Assembly: GCA_964016885.1 (NCBI GenBank)
Contig: OZ024740.1
Location: forward strand, 432,698,001-432,762,000
DNA: 64,000 nt
Reading direction: 5' to 3'
From: Eledone cirrhosa
Lineage: Eukaryota
Shown one piece after another: positions 15,001 to 26,000 of this stretch. The notes under the pieces were generated by a model. That model made no database searches and was not told the DNA's origin. It saw only the letters and a program-made list of their open reading frames with translations. The stretch's first letter is position 1. Every line of letters begins with the position of its first letter. Made by a program: the position numbers and the translations under genes.

Positions 15001-18000
15001 AACAAAAGGTACCCAGCACACACTGTAAAGTGGTCATGTAGGTGTCACAACAAACAACACCCAGTACACACTGTAAAGTGGTCATGTAGGTGTCACAACA
15101 AAAAGTACCCAGTACACACTGTAAAGTGGTCATGTAGGTGTCACAAGAAACACCACCCAGTCAACACTGTAAAGTGGTCAGGTAGGAATCACAACAACAA
15201 GTCCCCAGCACACACGGTGAAGTGGTCATGTAGGTGTCACAACAAAAAATACCCAGCACACACTGTAAAGTGTTCATGTAGGAGTCACAACAAACAACAC
15301 CCAGTACACACTGTAAAGTGGTCATGTAGGTGTCACAACAAAAGGTACCCAGCACACACTGTAAAGTGGTTATGTAGATGTCACAAAAAAAGGTACCCAG
15401 TACACACTGTAAGGTGGTCATGTAGGTGTCACAACAAAAAGTACCCAGCACACACTGTAAAGTGGTCATGAAGGTGTCACAACAAAAAGTACCCAGTACA
15501 CACTGTAAAGTGGTCATGTAGGTGTCGCAACAAAAGATAACCAGCACACACTGTAAAGTGGTAATGTAGGTGTCACAACAAAAAGTACCCAGTACACACT
15601 GTAAAGTGGTCATGTAGGTGTCACAACAAAAAGTACCCAGAACACACTGTAAAGTGGTCACGTAGGAGGCACAACAAAAAGTACCCAGCACACACTGTAA
15701 AGTGGTCATGTAGGTGTCACAACAAAAAGTACCCAGTACACACTGTAAAGTGGTCATGTAGGTGTCACAACAAAAAGTACCCATTCCACACTGTAAAGTG
15801 GTCATGTAGGTGACAACAAAAAGTACCCAGTCCACACTGTAAAGTGGTCATGTAGGTGTCACAACAAAAAGTACCCAGTCCACACTGTAACGTGGTAATG
15901 TAGGTTCGCAACAAAACGTACCCAGCACACACTGTAAAGTGGTCATGTAGGTGTCACAACAAAAAGTACCCAGAGCACACTAAAGTGGTCATGTAGGTGT
16001 CACAACAGAAGCACCCAGTACACACTGTAAAGTGGTCATGTAGGTGGAACAACAAAAAGTACCCAGCACACACTGTAAAGTGGTCATGTAGGTGTCACAA
16101 CAAAAAGTACCCACAACACACTGTAAAGTAGTCATGTAGGTGTCACAACAAAAAGCACCCAGTACACACTGTAAAGTGGTCATGTAGGTGTCACAACCAA
16201 AAGTACCCATTCCACACTGTAAAGTGGTCATGTAGGTGACAACAAAAAGTACCCAGTCCACACTGTAAAGTGGTCATGTAGGTGTCACAACAAAAAGTAC
16301 CCAGAACACACTGTAAAGTGGTCATGTAGGTGTCACAACAAAAAGCACCCAGTACACACTGTAAAGTGGTCATGTAGGTGTCACAACCAAAAGTACCCAT
16401 TCCACACTGTAAAGTGGTCATGTAGGTGACAACAAAAAGTACCCAGTCCACACTGTAAAGTGGTCATGTAGGTGTCACAACAAAAAGTACCCAGTCCACA
16501 CTGTAAAGTGGTCATGTAGGTGTCTTAACACAAGACACCCAGTCAACTCTGTAAAGTGGTCATGGAGGTGTCACAACAAAAAGCACTCAGCCCACACTGT
16601 AAAGTGGTCATGTAGCAAAAGGTACCCAGTACACACTGTAAAGTGGTCAGGTAGGTATCACAACAAAAGGTAACCAGCACACACTGTAAAGTGGTCATGT
16701 AGGTGTCACAACAAACAACACCCAGCACACACTGTAAAGTGGTCATGTAGTTGTCACAACAAAAGGTACCCAGTGAACTCTGTAAAGTAGTCATGTAGGT
16801 GTCACAACAAACAACATCCAGTCCATTCTGTAAAATGGTCCTGTAGGTGTCACAACAAACAACACCCAGCACACACTCTAAAGTGGTCATGTAGGTGTCA
16901 CAACAAAAACACCCAGCACACACTGTAAAGTGGTCATGTAGGTGTCAACAAAAAAACCCAGCACACTGTAAAGTGGTCATGTAGGTGTCACAACAAAAAG
17001 TACCCAGCCCACACTGTAAAGTGGTCATGTAGGTGTCACAACAAAAAGTACCCAGCACACACTGTAAAGTGGTCATGTAGGTGTTACAACAAAAGGTACC
17101 CAGCCCACACTGTAAAGTGGTCATGTAGGTGTTACAACAAAAGGTACCCAGCCCTCACTGTAAAGTGGTCATGTAGGTGTCACAACAAAAGGTACCCAGC
17201 CCACACTGTAAAGTGGTCATGTAGGTGTCACAACAAAAAGTACCCAGCACACACTGTAAAGTGGTCATGTAGGTGTCACAACAAAAGGTACCCAGCCCAC
17301 ACTGTAAAGTGGTCATGTAGGTGTCACAACAAAAAGTACCCAGCACACACTGTAAAGTGGTCATGTAGGTGTCACAACAAAAAGTACCCAGCACACACTG
17401 TAAAGTGGTCATGTAGGTGTCACAACGAACAACAGCCAGCACACACTGTAAAGTGGTCATGTAGTTGTCACAACAAAAGTACCCAGTCCACATTGTAAAG
17501 TGGTCATGTAGGTGTCACAACAAAAGGTACCCAGTGAACTCTGTAAAGTAGTCATGTAGGTGTCACAACAAACAACATCCAGTCCATTCTGTAAAATGGT
17601 CCTGTAGGTGTCACAACAAACAACACCCAGCACACACTGTAAAGTGGTCATGTAGGTGTCAACAAAAAGTACCCAGCACACTGTAAAGTGGTCATGTAGG
17701 TGTCACAACAAAATGTACCCAGCACACACTGTAAAGTGGTCATGTAGGTGTCACAACAAAAGGTACCCAGCCCACACTGTAAAGTGGTCATGTAGGTGTC
17801 ACAACAAAAAGTACCCAGTACACACTGTAAAGTGGTCATGTAGGTCTCACAACAAAAAGTACCCGGCACACACTGTAAAGAGGTCATGTAGGTGTCACAA
17901 CAAAAAGTACCCAGCACACACTGTAAAGTGGTTATGTAGGTTTCACAACAAACAACACCCAGTACACACTGTAAAGTGGTCATGTAGGTGTCACAACAAA

Positions 18001-18506
18001 AGGTACCCAGTCCACACTGTAAAGTGGTCATGTAGGTGTCACAACAAAAGGTACCCAGCTCACACTGTAAAGTGGTCATGTAGGTGTCACAACAAAAGGT
18101 ACCCAGTACACACTGCAAAGTGGTCATGTAGGTCTCACAACAAAAGGTACCCAGCACACACTGTAAAGTGTTCATGTTAGTCCCACAACAAATAACACCC
18201 AGCACACACTGTAAAGTGGTCATGTAGGTGTCACAACAAACAACACCCAGCACACACTGTAAAGTGGTTATGTAGTTGTCACAACAAAAGTACCCACTCC
18301 ACATTGTAAAGTGGTTATGTAGGTGTCACAACAAAAGGCACCCAGTCCACACTGTAAAGTGGTCATGTAGGTGTCACAACAAAAGGTACCCAGTCCACAC
18401 TGTAAAGTGGTCATGTAGGTGTCACAACAAAAGGTACCCAGTCCACACTGTAAAGTAGTCATGTAGGTGTCACAACAAACAACATCCAGCAAACACTGTA
18501 AATGTG
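1..18506 (+). repeat. 48-bp tandem repeat array (minisatellite/satellite), ~385-390 head-to-tail monomers, continuing beyond the left edge
   Basis: Consensus ACACACTGTAAAGTGGTCATGTAGGTGTCACAACAAAA(A/G)GTACCCAG(C/T) (48 nt), repeated continuously. There are frequent 47- and 46-bp variants, with most variation in the ~12 nt after CACAAC. ORF track periodicity is 16 aa. Confidence 0.99.
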
Positions 18507-18564
18507 ACTTGTCTCACAAGGCACCTCATCTATGCCGTGCTAAAGTGTCAAAATGGACGTTAAA
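18496..18564 (+). mobile_element. Degenerate, internally deleted retroposon (RTE-like) 3' terminus closing the 48-bp array
   Basis: The last monomer ends CTGTAAATGTG, as at 19189-19199. It is followed by CTTGTCTCA...ATCTATGCCGTGCTA...GTGTCAAAATGGACGTTAAA, collinear with CTTGCCTCA...GTCTAACCCATGCTA...GTGTGGAAGATAGACGTTAAA at 19280-19339 (anchor spacing 48 vs 51 nt). Confidence 0.65.
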
Positions 18565-18791
18565 CGGTATATAATCCGTAGATCTGGAAAAACATGAAGA
18601 GTAGCAACCATTATTGTTAAATGAGAAGAGTATTTAGTAGTTTAGTTGCATGTGATGTCTGAGGACAAAGGGTGTTGAATGAATGTAGCCAAACATATTA
18701 ATGGAACTTATCAAGTGTAGAAAGATTACTAACATAACTTTGATAAGCCTTCAACTTACAACGTTTACCCCTCAAAGATCAATAAATCAAA

Positions 18792-18980
18792 TACATAAAA
18801 AAGTGCAGGGCAATAAAAATTGATGGAAGTTACGGAGTAGGTAGACCCAGAAAAACCTGGGACAACATCATAAAGTCCGACATTGCACACTTACACCTCT
18901 CTAAGACAATGTCACTGGATCGAGATCTTTGGCGGCACGCAGTATTACAGAAGACCTGCTTTCCCTATGTACAAAGTTAA
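18792..18980 (+). pseudogene. RTE LINE ORF2 (reverse transcriptase protein) C-terminal fragment, non-functional
   Basis: Hand translation gives YIKKCRAIKIDGSYGVGRPRKTWDNIIKSDIAHLHLSKTMSLDRDLWRHAVLQKTCFPYVQS*. The G-x-R/G-x-GRP-R/K-x-x-W...D-R-x-x-W-R pattern is characteristic of RTE/BovB-type ORF2 C-termini. There is an in-frame stop upstream at 18783-18785 and no start codon at the beginning of the fragment. Confidence 0.85.
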
Positions 18981-19016
18981 CCTAGAGTCAGTAGGCCCCT
19001 CCTATCCAAATATACA

Positions 19017-19038
19017 CCCCAACCCACTACCCACTCCC
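19017..19038 (-). other. Canonical G-quadruplex-forming motif (minus strand) / C-rich tract in the RTE 3' UTR
   Basis: Minus strand reads GGGAGTGGGTAGTGGGTTGGGG: four G3+ runs with loops of 3, 4 and 2 nt, plus a fifth G3 run at 19049-19051. Folding is predicted only. Confidence 0.5.
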
Positions 19039-19056
19039 ACCAACACCACCCTTTCT

Positions 19057-19200
19057 CTGTAAAGTTATGTTGGTACCTCAACATCCAGTCCAAACTAATG
19101 AGATTGTGTAGGTGTCACGACAAAAAAAAAACACACCACGCTGTAATGTGGCTGTGTAGGTAACACGGTAAAAAGCTCCCAGTCCACACTGTAAATGTGG
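19057..19200 (+). repeat. 2-3 degenerate copies of the 48-bp satellite monomer inside the RTE 3' UTR
   Basis: TGTAGG occurs at 19107 and 19155, and CTGTAA at 19141 and 19189 (both 48 nt apart). 19155-19195 matches the array consensus at 33/41 ungapped and 19107-19126 at 19/20. A weaker copy starts at about 19057. Confidence 0.85.
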
Positions 19201-19339
19201 TTGGTGTTAGGAAGAGCATCCAGCCGTAGAAAACATGCCAGATAGTCCTATATGAGCAAGACACGGTCACCTGACCAATCTTGCCTCAAGTGGGACAATT
19301 CCCGTCTAACCCATGCTAGTGTGGAAGATAGACGTTAAA

Positions 19340-19354
19340 TGATGATGATGATGA
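19340..19354 (+). repeat. (TGA)5 microsatellite tail of the RTE element
   Basis: GACGTTAAA is immediately followed by TGATGATGATGATGA. Confidence 0.9.
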
Positions 19355-19723
19355 CAATGTTATTGAGACAGCTGACTCAAGACAAATATTGATTTGCTGA
19401 CAATTCAAAAGAAATCAATATCAATTTTTAACAAAATATTAGATACAATTCATATAATAGAGTATAGCTGACTTAATCGACCATGTATATCACCTAGATG
19501 TTTATAGTTTGGCTTTGGAAAGCTGAAAGGTGATTCATGTGGGATTTTACCTTAGAACAATGAGCTATGAAGTATCTAGTCTCCCCTTCTACTGGGTTGA
19601 CAATGTCAACTTTACAAGAATCATTAATAGAAATTTTTTTTAAATGTTCATATAAACATGATTTAAGACGGACACAAGATCAAGATTACTGGCAAGTTGC
19701 TGCACTAGAAAAGTGTCACTTAC

Positions 19724-19870
19724 CAGCATGAACACTGTAAAGCTAAAGGTAGATGTGGCAATGGTGAGAGAGTAGAGACTACATGCAGTGGAGAGCTGTC
19801 CTTGTAACCTGCAGTTGGGTGTCATAATGAAACAGACCCAGTAGCCTCTGTCAAGTGTTGGATGAATAAA
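19724..19870 (-). CDS. Candidate internal coding exon (147 bp, phase 0/0) of an unidentified gene: FIHPTLDRGYWVCFIMTPNCRLQGQLSTACSLYSLTIATSTFSFTVFML
   Basis: On the minus strand there is an acceptor ctctttaccctatattgtctcAG| at 19872/19871 and a consensus donor CTG|GTAAGTG at 19723. Exactly one frame is open across the 147 nt, and it lies within the 92-aa ORF 19640..19918. The segment is more GC-rich than the AT-rich flanks. No homology was recognised. Confidence 0.45.
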
Positions 19871-19932
19871 CTGAGACAATATAGGGTAAAGAGTGCCCTT
19901 TAATCCTTTCAAAGACATGATAACCCCTCTAG

Positions 19933-19978
19933 TGTTGGCACTACAATAAAATACACCTAGTACACTCTGTAAAGTAGT
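19933..19978 (+). repeat. Solo degenerate 48-bp monomer / RTE 3' UTR relic
   Basis: TGTTGGCACTACAATAAAATACACCTAGTACACTCTGTAAAGTAGT matches the array consensus at 34/46 without gaps. It continues TAGTGATT, weakly like the UTR continuation TGGTGTTAG. Confidence 0.7.
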
Positions 19979-20076
19979 TAGTGATTGATTGAAGATAATA
20001 TAGAGCAGAAAAGACTATTCAGTCATGATAAAAACATATTTCTTGTGTTGATGTCATTTTGTGAAAAAGGCTAACA

Positions 20077-23000
20077 AAGAATGGAGACTTGATATGTAAC
20101 AGAACCACAGAAGCAGTAAGAATGGAGACTTGATATGTAACAGAACCACAGAAGCAGTAAGAATGGAGACTTGATATGTAACAGAACCACAGAAGCAATA
20201 AGAATGGAGACTTGATATGTGACAGAACCACAGAAGCAGTAAGAATGGAGACTTGATATGTAACAGAACCACAGAAGCAATAAGAATGGAGACTTGATAT
20301 GTGACAGAACCACAGAATCAGTAAGAATGGAGACTTCATGTGACAGAACCAGATAAGCAGTAAGAATGGAGACTTGATATGTGACAGAACCACAGAAGCA
20401 GTAAGAATGGAGACTTGATATGTGACAGAACCACAGAATCAGTAAGAATGGAGACTTGATATGTGACAGAACCACAGAAGCAGTAAGAATGGAGACTTGA
20501 TATGTGACAGAACCACAGAAGCAGTAAGAATGTAGACTTGATATGTGACAGAACCTCAGAAGCAGTAAGAATGGACACTTGATATGTGACAGAACCACAG
20601 AAGCAGTAAGAATGGAGACTTGATATGTGACAGAACCACGGAAGCAGTAAGAATGGAGACTTGATATGTGACAGAACCACAGAAGCAGTAAGAATGGAGA
20701 CTTGATATGTGACAGAACCACAGAAGCAGTAAGAATGGAGACTTGATATGTGACAGAACCACACAATCAGTAAGAATGGAGACTTGATATGTGACAGAAC
20801 CACAGAAGCAGTAAGAATGGAGACTTGATATGTGACAGAACCATGCAATCATTAAGAATGGAGACTTGATATGTGACAGAACCACAGAAGCAGTAAGAAT
20901 GGAGACTTGATATGTGACAGAACCACAGAATCAGTAAGAATGGAGACTTGATATGTGACAGAACCACAGAAGCAGTAAGAATGGAGACTTGATATGTGAC
21001 AGAACCACAGAATCATTAAGAATGGAGACTTGATATGTGACAGAACCACAGAAGCAGTAAGAATGGAGACTTGATATGTGACAGAACCACAGAATCAGTA
21101 AACATGGAGACTTGATATGTGACAGAACCACAGAAGCAGTAAGAATGGAGACTTGATATGTGACAGAACCACAGAAGCAGTAAGAATGGAGACTTGATAT
21201 GTGACAGAACCACAGAAGCAGTAAGAATGGAGACTTGATATGTGACAGAACCACAGAAGCAGTAAGAATGGAGACTTGATATGTGACAGAACCATGCAAT
21301 CATTAAGAATGGTGACTTGATATGTGACAGAACCACAGAAGCAGTAAGAATGGAGACTTGATATGTGACAGAACCACAGAAGCAGTAAGAATGGAGACTT
21401 GATATGTGACAGAACCATGCAATCATTAAGAATGGAGACTTGATATGTGACAGAACCACAGAAGCAGTAAGAATGGAGACTTGATATGTGACAGAACCAC
21501 AGAAGCACTAAGAATGGAGACTTGATATGTGACAGAACCACAGAAGCAGTAAGAATGGAGACTTGATATGTGACAGAACCACAGAATCAGTAAACATGGA
21601 GACTTGATATGTGACAGAACCACAGAAGCAGTAAGAATGGAGACTTGATATGTGACAGAACCACAGAAGCACTAAGAATGGAGACTTGATATGTGACAGA
21701 ACCACACAATCAGTAAGAATGGAGACTTGATATGTGACAGAACCACAGAATCAGTAAGAATGGAGACTTGATATGTGACAGAACCACAGAAGCAGTAAGA
21801 ATGGAGACTTGATATGAGACAGAACCACAGAATCAGTAAGAATGGAGACTTGATATGTGACAGAACCACAGAATCAGTAAAAATGGAGACTTGATATGCG
21901 ACAGAACCACATAAGCAATAAGAATGGAGACTTGATATGTGACAGAACCACACAATCAGTAAGAATGGAGACTTGATATGTGACAGAACCACAGAATCAG
22001 TAAGAATGGAGACTTGATATGTGACAGAACCACAGAAGCAGTAAGAATGGAGACTTGATATGAGACAGAACCACAGAATCAGTAAGAATGGAGACTTGAT
22101 ATGTGACAGAAACACAGAAGCAGTAAGAATGGAGACTTGATATGTAACAGAACCACAGAAGCAGTAAGAATGGAGACTTGATATGTAACAGAACCACAGA
22201 ATCAGTAAGAATGGAGACTTGATATGTGACAGAACCACAGAAGCACTAAGAATGGAGACTTGATATGTGACAGAACTACAGAATCAGTAAGAATGGAGAC
22301 TTGATATGTGACAGAACCACAGAAGCAGTAAGAATGGAGACTTGATATGTGACAGAACCACAGAAGCAGTAAGAATGGACACTTGATATGTGACAGAACC
22401 ACAGAATCAGTAAGAATGGAGACTTGATATGTGACAGAACTACAGAATCAGTAAGAATGGAGACTTGATATGTGACAGAACCACAGAAGCAGTAAGAATG
22501 GAGACTTGATATGTGACAGAACCACAGAAGCAGTAAGAATGGAGACTTGATATGTGACAGAACCACAGAAGCAGTAAGAATGGACACTTGATATGTGACA
22601 GAACCACAGAAGCAGTAAGAATGGACACTTGATATGTGACAGAACCACAGAATCAGTAAGAATGGAGACTTGATATGTGACAGAACTACAGAACCAGTAA
22701 GAATTGAGACTTGATATGTGACAGAACCACAGAATCAGTAAGAATGGAGACTTGATATGTGACAGAACCACAGAAGCAGTAAGAATGGAGACTTGATATG
22801 TAACAGAACCACAGAAGCAATAAGAATGGAGACTTGATATGTGACAGAACCACAGAATCAGTAAGAATGGAGACTTCATGTGACAGAACCACAGAAGCAG
22901 TAAGAATGGACACTTGATATGTGACAGAACCACAGAAGCAGTAAGAATGGAGACTTGATATGTGACAGAACCACAGAATCAGTAAGAATGGAGACTTGAT

Positions 23001-26000
23001 ATGTGACAGAACCACAGAAGCAGTAAGAATGGAGACTTGATATGTGACAGAACCACAGAAGCAGTAAGAATGTAGACTTGATATGTGACAGAACCTCAGA
23101 AGCAGTAAGAATGGACACTTGATATGTGACAGAACCACAGAAGCAGTAAGAATGGAGACTTGATATGTGACAGAACCACAGAAGCAGTAAGAATGGAGAC
23201 TTGATATGTGACAGAACCACAGAAGCAGTAAGAATGGAGACTTGATATGTGACAGAACCACAGAAGCAGTAAGAATGGAGACTTGATATGTGACAGAACC
23301 ACACAATCAGTAAGAATGGAGACTTGATATGTGACAGAACCACAGAAGCAGTAAGAATGGAGACTTGATATGTGACAGAACCATGCAATCATTAAGAATG
23401 GAGACTTGATATGTGACAGAACCACAGAAGCAGTAAGAATGGAGACTTGATATGTGACAGAACCACAGAATCAGTAAGAATGGAGACTTGATATGTGACA
23501 GAACCACAGAAGCAGTAAGAATGGAGACTTGATATGTGACAGAACCACAGAATCATTAAGAATGGAGACTTGATATGTGACAGAACCACAGAAGCAGTAA
23601 GAATGGAGACTTGATATGTGACAGAACCACAGAATCAGTAAACATGGAGACTTGATATGTGACAGAACCACAGAAGCAGTAAGAATGGAGACTTGATATG
23701 TGACAGAACCACAGAAGCAGTAAGAATGGAGACTTGATATGTGACAGAACCACAGAAGCAGTAAGAATGGAGACTTGATATGTGACAGAACCACAGAAGC
23801 AGTAAGAATGGAGACTTGATATGTGACAGAACCATGCAATCATTAAGAATGGTGACTTGATATGTGACAGAACCACAGAAGCAGTAAGAATGGAGACTTG
23901 ATATGTGACATAACCACAGAAGCAGTAAGAATGGAGACTTGATATGTGACAGAACCATGCAATCATAAAGAATGGAGACTTGATATGTGACAGAAACACA
24001 GAAGCAGTAAGAATGGAGACTTGATATGTGACAGAACCACAGAAGCACTAAGAATGGAGACTTGATATGTGACAGAACCACAGAAGCAGTAAGAATGGAG
24101 ACTTGATATGTGACAGAACCACAGAATCAGTAAACATGGAGACTTGATATGTGACAGAACCACAGAAGCAGTAAGAATGGAGACTTGATATGTGACAGAA
24201 CCACAGAAGCACTAAGAATGGAGACTTGATATGTGACAGAACCACACAATCAGTAAGAATGGGGACTTGATATGTGACAGAACCACAGAATCAGTAAGAA
24301 TGGAGACTTGATATGTGACAGAACCACAGAAGCAGTAAGAATGGAGACTTGATATGAGACAGAACCACAGAATCAGTAAGAATGGAGACTTGATATGTGA
24401 CAGAACCACAGAATCAGTAAAAATGGAGACTTGATATGCGACAGAACCACATAAGCAATAAGAATGGAGACTTGATATGTGACAGAACCACACAATCAGT
24501 AAGAATGGAGACTTGATATGTGACAGAACCACAGAATCAGTAAGAATGGAGACTTGATATGTGACAGAACCACAGAAGCAGTAAGAATGGAGACTTGATA
24601 TGAGACAGAACCACAGAATCAGTAAGAATGGAGACTTGATATGTGACAGAACCACAGAAGCAGTAAGAATGGAGACTTGATATGTAACAGAACCACAGAA
24701 GCAGTAAGAATGGAGACTTGATATGTAACAGAACCACAGAATCAGTAAGAATGGAGACTTGATATGTGACAGAACCACAGAAGCACTAAGAATGGAGACT
24801 TGATATGTGACAGAACTACAGAATCAGTAAGAATGGAGACTTGATATGTGACAGAACCACAGAAGCAGTAAGAATGGAGACTTGATATGTGACAGAACCA
24901 CAGAAGCAGTAAGAATGGACACTTGATATGTGACAGAACCACAGAATCAGTAAGAATGGAGACTTGATATGTGACAGAACTACAGAATCAGTAAGAATGG
25001 AGACTTGATATGTGACAGAACCACAGAAGCAGTAAGAATGGAGACTTGATATGTGACAGAACCACAGAAGCAGTAAGAATGGACACTTGATATGTGACAG
25101 AACCACAGAAGCAGTAAGAATGGACACTTGATATGTGACAGAACCACAGAATCAGTAAGAATGGAGACTTGATATGTGACAGAACCACAGAACCAGTAAG
25201 AATGGAGACTTGATATGTGACAGAACCACAGAATCAGTAAGAATGGAGACTTGATATGTGACAGAAGCACAGAACCAGTAAGAATGGAGACTTGATATGT
25301 GACAGAACCACAGAATCAGTAAGAATGGAGACTTGATATGTGACAGAACCACAGAACCAGTAAGAATGGAGACTTGAAATGTGACAGAACCACAGAAGCA
25401 GTAAGAATGGACACTTGATATGTGACAGAACCACAGAAGCAGTAAGAATGGAGACTTGATATGTGACAGAACCACAGAAGCAGTAAGAATGGAGACTTGA
25501 TATGTGACAGAACCACAGAATCAGTAAGAATGGAGACTTGATATGTGACAGAACCACAGAAGCAGTAAGAATGGAGACTTGATATGTGACAGAACCACAG
25601 AATCAGTAAACATGGAGACTTGATATGTGACAGAACCACAGAATCAGTAAGAATGGAGACTTGATATGTGACAGAACCACATAAGCAGTAAGAATGGAGA
25701 CTTGATATGTGACAGAACCACAGAAGCAGTAAGAATGGAGACTTGGTATGTGACAGAACCACAGAATCAGTAGGAATGGAGACTTGGTATGTGACAGAAC
25801 CACATAAGCAGTAAGAATGGAGACTTGATATGTGACAGAACCACAGAAGCAGTAAGAATGGAGACTTGATATGTGACAGAACCACACAATCAGTAAGAAT
25901 GGAGACTTGATATGTGACAGAACCACAGAAGCAGTAAGAATGGAGACTTGATATGTGACAGAACCACAGAAGCAGTAAGAATGGAGACTTGGTATGTGAC

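Larger units (their letters stand above)
18792..19354 (+). mobile_element. 5'-truncated RTE-clade non-LTR retrotransposon (ORF2 C-terminal fragment, 3' UTR and (TGA)n tail)
   Basis: An RTE-type C-terminal peptide ends in TAA at 18980. A ~360-nt 3' UTR follows (…GTGGTTGGTGTTAGGAAGAGCATCCAGCCGTAGAAA…CTAACCCATGCTAG…GACGTTAAA) and ends in (TGA)5. Short tandem-repeat tails are typical of RTE elements. The 5' boundary is approximate and no clear TSD was seen. Confidence 0.85.

Noticed and set aside
160-18492. Cys/His-rich 16-aa repeat ORFs (HTVKWSCRCHNKKYPA on +, TLQCVLGTFCCDTYMT on -) resembling metallothionein, zinc-finger or keratin-associated proteins
   Set aside because: They follow from the 48-bp period being divisible by 3. 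Frequent 46/47-bp monomers and stops break the frames, both strands are open, and the unit derives from a non-coding UTR.
1-18506. CRISPR-like pattern of a ~36-nt conserved part plus a ~12-nt variable part
   Set aside because: The variable parts are point variants of one sequence that recur many times, not unique spacers. They are too short, there are no cas genes, and the context is a eukaryotic LINE.
18770-19380. Target-site duplication around the RTE fragment
   Set aside because: Only a trivial CAAT match was found between the flanks, which is not significant.
19540-19560. Second minus-strand donor-like site (AAG|GTAAAA)
   Set aside because: No convincing partner acceptor or open exon was found, and such motifs are common by chance in AT-rich DNA.
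19640-19918. 92-aa ORF as a complete single-exon gene
   Set aside because: There is no recognisable homology and the ends run into low-complexity AT-rich sequence. Only the internal 147-bp segment bounded by splice signals is retained as a candidate.
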